Assembly: GCA_043767845.1 (NCBI GenBank)
Contig: JAYUFZ010000016.1
Location: 2,523-66,522, forward strand
Direction: 5' to 3'
DNA: 64,000 bases
Source of the DNA: a bacterium
GTDB lineage: Bacteria > Patescibacteriota > Saccharimonadia > UBA4664 > JBBRNT01
The notes under the pieces are model-generated. The model worked only from the letters and a program-made list of their open reading frames with translations, was not told the DNA's origin and did no database searches. Below, in pieces: positions 57,301-64,000 of this stretch (position 1 is its first letter; every line of letters begins with the position of its first letter). The position numbers were made by a program, and so were the translations under genes.

Positions 57301-58236
57301 ATGATCCTCTTCTTCTATGGCCCTAATACCTATGCCTCGCGTGCTGAATTGCGGCGGATGAGCGAAGCCTATTTGGCTAAAGCCGGATCGGATTTTGGTC
57401 TAGAGCGCATCGATGGGCCGGCTGCTAACCCCAAGACATTGCCCACCCAGCTGATGGCGGCACCTTTTTTGGCCAACTCACGGCTGGTGATTATCGACCA
57501 GCTAAGCGCCAATAAACCAGCTTGCGAGATGGTACTCAAGGTGCTTGATAAGGTGCCCTCGACGACCGTGGTTATATTCTACGAAGTTGAGCCCGACCAG
57601 CGCACTACTTGGTACAAAAGCCTTTTGGCCGCGTCAAAAGCTGTAAAGTTCGAGATGCTAACGCCTGGCCAACTGCAGACCTGGATTCGTCGCGAAGCGG
57701 CTAAGCTTGGCGCCGAAATAGACCGCCAGGCTACCAGCGAACTACTAGAGATTTGCGGCGATGATCAGTGGCGCCTTTCCGGTGAGATAGCCAAGCTGGC
57801 AGCCTATACACCGAGTATCGATGTGGCAAGCGTCCGTGCTCTCGTTACTACCAGCGCCACGAGCACTATTTTTGATATGGTCGATGCTATGACGGCTGGT
57901 GACCAGCGTAAGTCGATTGAAAGCTATCGCAACTTACTGGCCGCCCAAGCCAACGAATTATACATTCTCAGTATGATAGCTTGGCAATTGCGTAACCTCT
58001 TGCTAGCCAAGTCGGCCGGCAAAATATCCTCCCGCGATCTAGCCAAAAAAGCAGCCATGAGCCCCTATGTGGCCGAGAAGATGCTGCGCAAACAAGCCGG
58101 GCTATCGCTGGAGATGATCGGGAATGCCTACCGGCGCACTATTGAGACCGACTTTGCCATAAAGAGTGGCTACGGTAAGGCCGATGTGCTCGTTGAGAAG
58201 CTAATACTCGATGTGGCCACGGCGGCAGCTAAATAG
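57301..58236 (+). CDS. holA: DNA polymerase III subunit delta
   Basis: MILFFYGPNTYAS…ERIDG N-terminus typical of HolA. Size and helical C-terminus consistent. Confidence 0.65.
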   Translation: MILFFYGPNTYASRAELRRMSEAYLAKAGSDFGLERIDGPAANPKTLPTQLMAAPFLANSRLVIIDQLSANKPACEMVLKVLDKVPSTTVVIFYEVEPDQRTTWYKSLLAASKAVKFEMLTPGQLQTWIRREAAKLGAEIDRQATSELLEICGDDQWRLSGEIAKLAAYTPSIDVASVRALVTTSATSTIFDMVDAMTAGDQRKSIESYRNLLAAQANELYILSMIAWQLRNLLLAKSAGKISSRDLAKKAAMSPYVAEKMLRKQAGLSLEMIGNAYRRTIETDFAIKSGYGKADVLVEKLILDVATAAAK

Positions 58237-58269
58237 CCAAGCAAAAAGCCCCAATCGAGAGACTGGAGC

Positions 58270-59118
58270 TCAGTTGAAGCGGCCGATGAGGGCAGCCATT
58301 TGGCGGAGACCACCTGGTTGGGCGATGGCGATCTGGCGGCGGTTGCTGTGATACTGGGGGTTGCAGATACTGCAGCCCGGAGTGTGAGCCTCAATGTTTG
58401 AACGTCGTATACCGGCCAGTATCAGCTCTTCAATTACCAGGTCTTGCAAGTCGAAGAAGAATTGCTTTCCACGTTGGCGGAGGTGGCTCCTGAAGTGTGG
58501 CCACTCATCGCTCGGGTAGTGATCAAGGAACTCCAGGGTAACCTCATAACAGCAACTTTTGGCCCCTGGTCCGATGTAGGCCAGCAGCTGACCGCGCTGG
58601 TCAAGCGGGCAGAAGTCGAGGAGTGTGCCTCTCAGGATTCCGCCAGCCACTCCTCGCCAACCGGCATGAATTGCCGCTACTTGGTGTGTAGCCGGGTTGG
58701 CCAGCAGCACCACTGGGCAGTCGGCCGAGCGTACCTCCAGCGCCAGGCGATCGGAGGCACCAACGGTATAGAGGCCATCAAAGGGCTGCTTCGGGCAGGG
58801 CGTGATGTCACCTGGCCCGAGAACTGGCCTGAGCCCAGAGGAGTGCGGTAGCCCTAACGGACTGGCAAGCAGTTTGGGCTCAAAATCGATCTGCGCGGCC
58901 AATTCGGCGAGGTTGGCGTCGCGCTCGGCGGCCCGGACGCTGAAGTTGAATTCGTCGGGGCGATTCGGGTCACGTAGGCTGATGACAGCCTGGACCCAGC
59001 CGGCCGTTTCGGGCCGGCTAAAGATCAGCGGTTTGTAAAACAGCAGCCGTGTAGCAGTATGGGACATGGGCGTCCAATCGTTCGGAGGACAAGGGCTGGC
59101 ACTGAGTATAGCAGTCAA
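58270..59118 (-). CDS. YfiH/PgeF-family (DUF152) protein, paralog 2
   Basis: HQVAAIHAGWRGVAGG, IGPGAKSCCYEV motifs. Confidence 0.65.
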   Translation of the reverse strand: MTAILSASPCPPNDWTPMSHTATRLLFYKPLIFSRPETAGWVQAVISLRDPNRPDEFNFSVRAAERDANLAELAAQIDFEPKLLASPLGLPHSSGLRPVLGPGDITPCPKQPFDGLYTVGASDRLALEVRSADCPVVLLANPATHQVAAIHAGWRGVAGGILRGTLLDFCPLDQRGQLLAYIGPGAKSCCYEVTLEFLDHYPSDEWPHFRSHLRQRGKQFFFDLQDLVIEELILAGIRRSNIEAHTPGCSICNPQYHSNRRQIAIAQPGGLRQMAALIGRFN

Positions 59119-59138
59119 GTGCCGAATTGAGAACCGGA

Positions 59139-59339
59139 CTAAGACTCCGCGCGCTTGATCTGCTCCAGTAGTGTGTCTAGGTCACTTACCAGGCCAGTAA
59201 TCTTACTTAACTCACCCTTGGCTAGCCAAGCATTGCCAGGCGTTGTGGCGTAGTCACGAAGCAGTTTGATGTGCTCGGTAGTATCTGAGCACAGCTCGAT
59301 ACATTCGGCGCGCAGTTTTTCGAGGATGTCGTTTTTCAT
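59139..59339 (-). CDS. small hypothetical protein
   Basis: ORF only. Confidence 0.3.
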   Translation of the reverse strand: MKNDILEKLRAECIELCSDTTEHIKLLRDYATTPGNAWLAKGELSKITGLVSDLDTLLEQIKRAES

Positions 59340-59429
59340 TACCCTTAGTATACCCAAGTTGTCACGTATCAGATAGGGGAGGCCGGCAACAAAAAAACCG
59401 CCTTTCGGCGGCCTTTTGGCAGCGACTCT

Positions 59430-59801
59430 TTATTTAGCTGATTTCTTCGGGGCTGCTTTTTTAGTAGCGGCCTTTTTAGTAGTTGTGGTCTTGGCCTCAG
59501 TTTTTGCGGCGGCCTTTTTAGCAACCTTAGGGGCAGCAGCAACAGTCTTTGCCACGCTCTTGGCCAAGCGACTCTTTTTGCGGGCAGCAGTGTTTTTGTG
59601 CAGCGTGCCCTTCTTGACGGCGCGGTCGATCTCGGAGAAAGCGGCGCTCAAAGCGAGCTCGGCAGCTTTAGCGTCGCCAGAAGTGGCGGCTGTGAGGGTC
59701 GCTTTGACATCAGTTTTGACAGCAGCCAAAACCTTAAGGTTACGACTGCGTCGAACCTGGGATTGCTTAGCGCGCTTGATAGCTGATTGGATGATTGGCA
59801 T
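59430..59801 (-). CDS. rpsT: 30S ribosomal protein S20 with about 45-aa Lys/Ala-rich C-terminal tail
   Basis: MPIIQSAIKRAKQSQVRRSRNLKV…IDRAVKKGTLHKNTAARKKSRLAKSV matches bS20. Tail AKKAAAKTEAKTTTTKKAATKKAAPKKSAK. Confidence 0.8.
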   Translation of the reverse strand: MPIIQSAIKRAKQSQVRRSRNLKVLAAVKTDVKATLTAATSGDAKAAELALSAAFSEIDRAVKKGTLHKNTAARKKSRLAKSVAKTVAAAPKVAKKAAAKTEAKTTTTKKAATKKAAPKKSAK

Positions 59802-59971
59802 CTTTTGGAGTCTCGCAAAAGTAATTAATACCAATGGAATATACCTTATCTACCCCGTTCTGTAAACCCTTTTATACCACCACCAGCCGTAGCCAAATCA
59901 AGTATTGGCAGATCTGATAATCTGGATTACAGTAGGCCTAAGCTTTGTCCGACGAGTGCAAGGGAGCAACA

Positions 59972-60298
59972 ATGAGTAGAGCGGGTGAGAGCCGCGTGGG
60001 CGATCCAGCCCCTGCCGCCTCCGGTAGGTATAGCAGCGGTATTGAGAGCAGGGCTTGGCAAAGCCGGGCCAACTGTATGGGGGTCGACCCAGAGCTCTTC
60101 TTTCCAGAACGGGGAGCCAGTACTCGCGAGGCCAAGGAGATCTGCCGCGGCTGCGTGGTGCGCCTTGATTGCATGGAGTTTGCCTTGGCCAACAGTGAGA
60201 AGTTTGGGATCTGGGGTGGCCTGAGCGAGCGCGAGCGTCGTAAGATTCGCAGGTCACGTGCCCTCCAGCGCCGAATCAGTGGCGCCACAGCGGCTTAA
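59972..60298 (+). CDS. WhiB-like (Wbl) 4Fe-4S transcriptional regulator
   Basis: Four Cys in Wbl spacing (ANCMGVDPELFFP…AKEICRGCVVRLDCMEFAL) plus GIWGGLSERERR turn. AAGGGAG RBS. Confidence 0.75.
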   Translation: MSRAGESRVGDPAPAASGRYSSGIESRAWQSRANCMGVDPELFFPERGASTREAKEICRGCVVRLDCMEFALANSEKFGIWGGLSERERRKIRRSRALQRRISGATAA

Positions 60299-60410
60299 CG
60301 CCTAACGTTGAGTCGCTTTTTCATGCCGGGAGTTATGAGCACAAGCATTATCAGATCACTTGTCTTGACAAAAGAGCAAAATTGATCTAAATTACTTGAT
60401 TACTTTATAA

Positions 60411-61736
60411 GTGGTTTGTATGGATATCAACGCTCTCACACCTAAGCAGCAGGCTTCCGAAGCCGTTCGCCAAGCGGAAAACATTCTGATTAGCACCGGG
60501 CAGTTCCCGAGTGTTGATCAGGTTGCGGCTACCTTGGCTTTGGCTCAAATCCTTCGGAAGCTAGGCAAGAAAGTTACAGCTATTGTAAGCGACCAAATTC
60601 CTACTCAAGCTGCTTTTCTGTCGACTGTCGGACTCGATAAAACATTGGGTGGCCAGCGGGATTTTATCCTCAAGATTAGCCAGAAACGCACTCAAGCTGA
60701 TGGCTTAAAATACACCGTCGAAGACGGTTTTCTGAATGTCCACATTACTCCACTGCAGGGTGGTTACGCTCCCAGCGACGTGACCTTTGCCTACGGCGCC
60801 TATCACTATGATGTGGCTATAGTTCTGGGTGTGCCGACGCGCGCGCGGCTTGACCGGGTATTTAGTGAGAACCCCGAGATCATAACCGAAATCCCACTCA
60901 TCAATCTGGATTTTCATCGCTCGAACGAGCTGTATGGCGCTGTCAATCTGATTGATACCAATGCCGCCTCACTCTGTGAAATGCTCGTCGCACTCAGTGA
61001 GTCACTGCAAACCGGACTGATTGACGAAGAAATTGCCACTGCTTTGCTGACGGGCATTATTGCCTCTACAGATAGGTTCACCGCCGCGCATACCACGCCC
61101 AAGGCATTAACCGTCGCTGCCCAGATGATGGCTATAGGCGCAAAACAACAAACCGTGATCAGGGGTCTGTACAAGTCTGGCGAAAGCCGCTCTGATAACA
61201 ATCGTGACAAAGATGGTCGTGGCGGCAGTGGCCCTAGCCGTGGTGGCCGCGACCCGCGACCAGGCCACGACGACCGTAGTGGTGCCTCAAACCCCTATGC
61301 CCCTTCTAGCTACCAGCCAATAGCTACCGAGCCCCCTCCAAGTGAGCCTATTGTTACAGTGGTTGCTCCAAGCATCACCACGGTTTCGGAAGTGTTAGCA
61401 ACCCCAGCTGAAGTTGTCCAGCCCGTAGCCGCTGTCGAAACTGTCGTGAACACACCGTCCGAGGTCAAGCAAGAAACCGTTGTTATACCAGAAGCTCCAA
61501 CTGAGCCAGTAATTGAGCTCAAATCTCCCTTAGCGACTCCCGAGGCTCCAACTGTTCAAAAGACAGTCGCTGCCGCGGTCCCGAACCGGCCGCAACTCGT
61601 TGATGCCGACGAACCGCACCTGTTCTTTAAGGGTCACGGAAGCGTTTTGGCAAACCTGCCGGATGATGATGACGCTTACTATGAAGCCAGCGGCAAAGCC
61701 CTGAACGATCCTTTCGGCTCTCTTGCAGCCGCCTAA
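60411..61736 (+). CDS. NrnA-like DHH-family protein with degenerate catalytic motifs and Pro/Thr/Val/Glu-rich disordered C-terminal tail
   Basis: ILISTGQFPSVDQVAATLALAQILRKLGKKV aligns with NrnA ILITTHxNPDGDAIGS…. DHH motif III reads IDTN. LLTGIIASTDRFTAAHTTPKALTVAAQMMAIGA matches the NrnA linker block. Tail lacks GGGH. Confidence 0.55.
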   Translation: MVCMDINALTPKQQASEAVRQAENILISTGQFPSVDQVAATLALAQILRKLGKKVTAIVSDQIPTQAAFLSTVGLDKTLGGQRDFILKISQKRTQADGLKYTVEDGFLNVHITPLQGGYAPSDVTFAYGAYHYDVAIVLGVPTRARLDRVFSENPEIITEIPLINLDFHRSNELYGAVNLIDTNAASLCEMLVALSESLQTGLIDEEIATALLTGIIASTDRFTAAHTTPKALTVAAQMMAIGAKQQTVIRGLYKSGESRSDNNRDKDGRGGSGPSRGGRDPRPGHDDRSGASNPYAPSSYQPIATEPPPSEPIVTVVAPSITTVSEVLATPAEVVQPVAAVETVVNTPSEVKQETVVIPEAPTEPVIELKSPLATPEAPTVQKTVAAAVPNRPQLVDADEPHLFFKGHGSVLANLPDDDDAYYEASGKALNDPFGSLAAA

Positions 61737-61775
61737 ATACTTGCCAGACCTCGCCAGATGAACGATTGTTGAGAC

Positions 61776-62468
61776 ATGGATACTGCCGACCCACAGCTGA
61801 ACGGACTGCTGCTTGTCGACAAGCCGGAAGGCCTGTCGTCTTTTGATATTATCCGCCGCTTGCGTCAGACTACTGGCTTCAAGAAGATTGGTCATGCTGG
61901 GACGCTCGATCCGCTGGCCACTGGCCTGATGCTGATGCTTTTTGGTCCAACGTGCAAAAAGGCCAGCGAGTTTTCTGGATTAGATAAGACCTATGTAGCC
62001 GAGATTACCTTAGGCGCCAATTCGACTACCGGCGATAGGGAAGGGGAGAAGGTGGTGGTCTCCGACGCGCAGCCGACCCGTGAACAGATAGAATCGGTGG
62101 TCAAACAATTCATCGGCCAAATCACCCAGACCCCGTCGCAGTATTCGGCAATCAAGATTAATGGTACAGAAGCGTATAAATTAGCTCGGGCCGGTAAAAC
62201 TGTTGATATGCCCTCGCGACAGGTGGTGGTTCACTCGATTACTATTGATAACTATGACTATCCGATCATTCAGGTGACTGCAAATGTCTCAAGCGGCACT
62301 TATATCCGCAGCCTGGCCGAAGATATTGGAGCGGTACTTGGGGCTGGCGCCTACTTGAGCGCCCTCCGACGGACGACTATTGGAGCTTTCGATCTTGATC
62401 AGGCTCATCAGCTCGATCAGGTTACCCGTCAAACCATAGAAGCAGATCTCCTCGACATTACAGCATAA
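61776..62468 (+). CDS. truB: tRNA pseudouridine(55) synthase
   Basis: GLLLVDKPEGLSSFDIIRRLR…GHAGTLDPLATGLMLML. Confidence 0.9.
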   Translation: MDTADPQLNGLLLVDKPEGLSSFDIIRRLRQTTGFKKIGHAGTLDPLATGLMLMLFGPTCKKASEFSGLDKTYVAEITLGANSTTGDREGEKVVVSDAQPTREQIESVVKQFIGQITQTPSQYSAIKINGTEAYKLARAGKTVDMPSRQVVVHSITIDNYDYPIIQVTANVSSGTYIRSLAEDIGAVLGAGAYLSALRRTTIGAFDLDQAHQLDQVTRQTIEADLLDITA

Positions 62469-62554
62469 GGATTGTAGAAATTTTGTTCCTAATTTGGGCA
62501 ATATTTAGCAACTTTGCATAACAACTGTTCGTATTATGTACGGTATTATTCAGA

Positions 62555-63460
62555 GTGGAAGCTTCCTACATCCATTGGAGAATAATGTCTAACCGCCATC
62601 TGTTGCGCAGCACGCTCGACGCCTCGATCAATATTACCGAGACCGGCGACTATCCCGGCATGATCGAGTCGCGTTACGTGCGGCGCTGCCCAGAAGAAGT
62701 ACTCGTTTATTTGTCATCGCAATCCGGCTGCGCCCAGCGTTGCCGGATGTGTCATTTAACCCAATCTGGCCAAACCAAGCTGGAGGATATTGATTTACCG
62801 GGCCTCATCGCCCAGGCTGGGCAGGTATTCGACCTTTACGACGAGTCGGGCGTGGCCGCCGATATCGTGCACTACAACTTCATGGCTCGCGGTGAGGTTT
62901 TCGCCAACCGGCATATACTAGTGGCTGCCGATCAGCTGATCGGGGAGTTGGCTGATCTGGCGATGGCTCGCGATCTGGTGCCTTCTTTCAAGTTCTCAAC
63001 CATCATGCCCAAGCGGATGTCTGATTTGAAGCTAGTCGACATTTTTCGTTGCTCACAGCCAGACATTTACTACTCAATCTACTCGGTCGATCCGGCTTTT
63101 CGCCGGCGCTGGCTCCCGTTTGCTATGGGGGCGGGGGAGGCTTTGCGCAAACTGGCGGATTGGCAGCAGGTCAGCCATAAGATTCCGGTTCTGCACTGGG
63201 CATTCATTGCCGGCGAGAACGATCGGGAGGCTGATATTGAGGGCATCTGCCGGGCGGTGGCTGCTCACCGACTGCGGGTGGACTTCAATATCGTCCGTTA
63301 CAATCCCTTTGCCGAGGCCTTTGGCGCCGAGCCAGAGGAGGCGGTGGTGCAGCGTAACGCGCGGCTGATCGCCGACCAATTACCAGAGGCCAAGATCCAG
63401 GTCGTGCCGCGGGTCGGTTTCGATGTAGCCGCCTCCTGCGGTATGTTCATAAACCCTTAA
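62555..63460 (+). CDS. radical SAM enzyme of the RlmN/Cfr family (short form)
   Basis: LSSQSGCAQRCRMCHLTQSG (Cx3Cx2C, RlmN-like SSQVGCAxxCxFC) and C-terminal …AASCGMF (RlmN …AACGQL). Confidence 0.55.
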   Translation: MEASYIHWRIMSNRHLLRSTLDASINITETGDYPGMIESRYVRRCPEEVLVYLSSQSGCAQRCRMCHLTQSGQTKLEDIDLPGLIAQAGQVFDLYDESGVAADIVHYNFMARGEVFANRHILVAADQLIGELADLAMARDLVPSFKFSTIMPKRMSDLKLVDIFRCSQPDIYYSIYSVDPAFRRRWLPFAMGAGEALRKLADWQQVSHKIPVLHWAFIAGENDREADIEGICRAVAAHRLRVDFNIVRYNPFAEAFGAEPEEAVVQRNARLIADQLPEAKIQVVPRVGFDVAASCGMFINP

Positions 63461-63477
63461 GCTCGCCAAACCCTTAC

Positions 63478-63511
63478 CGGGCTGTTGTAACAACAGCCCG
63501 ATTTTTGTTTG
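63478..63511 (+). terminator. rho-independent terminator
   Basis: CGGGCTGTTGTAACAACAGCCCG + ATTTTTGTTT. Confidence 0.8.
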
Positions 63512-63672
63512 AAAAGGTCAGAACTTTTCTGCTTTGAAATGGCTAATACGCAGAATCACATATCCATATGAAGTTATTGCGATATCCGGAGCAATATGGT
63601 ATGGTAATACATTCAGTTTTTGGATCCGAATGCTGGCTGGGTAGCCGGCCGAACCTGTAGAAAGAGGCGTAT

Positions 63673-63879
63673 ATGCCCACCATAGAGGCCGACAGGCGTT
63701 GGCTTGTTCAGGAATGCCCAAGGCACGGTCTGTCATCTCTGCTGGGCAGAGATCCGTTGAGCCGTAAGGGCACACGCTGCCCGATCAGAAATGACGCTGG
63801 CTATGTCTGTCATGAGCGACTCAGTTATCCGTTCACGCTGATGCTGGCGCCGCTGGGCGCTACTCCGAAAGAGGCCTGA
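63673..63879 (+). CDS. small Cys/His-containing hypothetical protein (68 aa)
   Basis: AAGAGG RBS. TTGCGA-17-TATGGT promoter. CPRHG…CPIRNDAGYVCHE. TGATG overlap with next ORF. Confidence 0.4.
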   Translation: MPTIEADRRWLVQECPRHGLSSLLGRDPLSRKGTRCPIRNDAGYVCHERLSYPFTLMLAPLGATPKEA

Positions 63880-64000
63880 TGCCCACGCTTGGCACTCATC
63901 TCCGCGATGCCCTCGCCCTGCGTAAGGGCCGAATCTTCTCGATCTACATCGAGGCAGAAGACGCGGTCGAGGGGTATCGGGCGCGCACCTACAACCTCCT
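63880..64000 (+). CDS. hypothetical protein, 5' end only (continues beyond window)
   Basis: Open frame from overlapping ATG to window end. Confidence 0.3.

Noticed and set aside
59416-59865. 149-aa plus-strand Ala/Leu-rich ORF
   Set aside because: Antisense of rpsT's Lys/Ala-rich tail (complement of AAG/GCN repeats). Spurious.

Overview
This 64-kb window comes from a compact bacterial chromosome of about 55% GC. Most of it is single-copy housekeeping and repair genes; no rRNA, CRISPR array, integrase or intact transposase was seen. Housekeeping genes include cmk, pheA-like, manB/pgm, greA, groES-groEL with a perfect CIRCE operator, dnaG-rpoD, polA, holA, truB, fpg, rpsT and one tRNA-Ser(GGA). 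Several Gram-positive/actinobacterial-type traits are present: a WhiB-like regulator, a ZAS-like zinc peptide, a GT39 Pmt-like mannosyltransferase, leaderless-type promoters and a lysine/alanine-tailed S20. Taxonomy cannot be settled from sequence alone.

Features the ORF track does not explain:
1. An ~80-bp cassette (14-bp perfect palindrome plus an identical -35/-10 promoter) occurs five times, with an extra half-site, upstream of cmk, an MBL hydrolase, a SIMPL protein, dnaG-rpoD and polA.
2. A minus-strand membrane module (LemA-like/lipoprotein, flotillin/NfeD, MoxR-like AAA+/VWA) has operons that share leader palindromes, a 22-nt identical leader motif and a repeated 45-nt GC-rich 3' hairpin.
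3. A eukaryote-like PI3/PI4-kinase catalytic-domain protein is paired with a small partner at the left edge.
4. Two promoter-to-terminator units (about 515 nt and 760 nt) lack convincing ORFs and are candidate structured RNAs.
5. An NrnA-like DHH-family protein has degenerate catalytic motifs and a disordered Pro/Thr/Val-rich tail.

All calls rest on motif reading by eye; no database searches were run.
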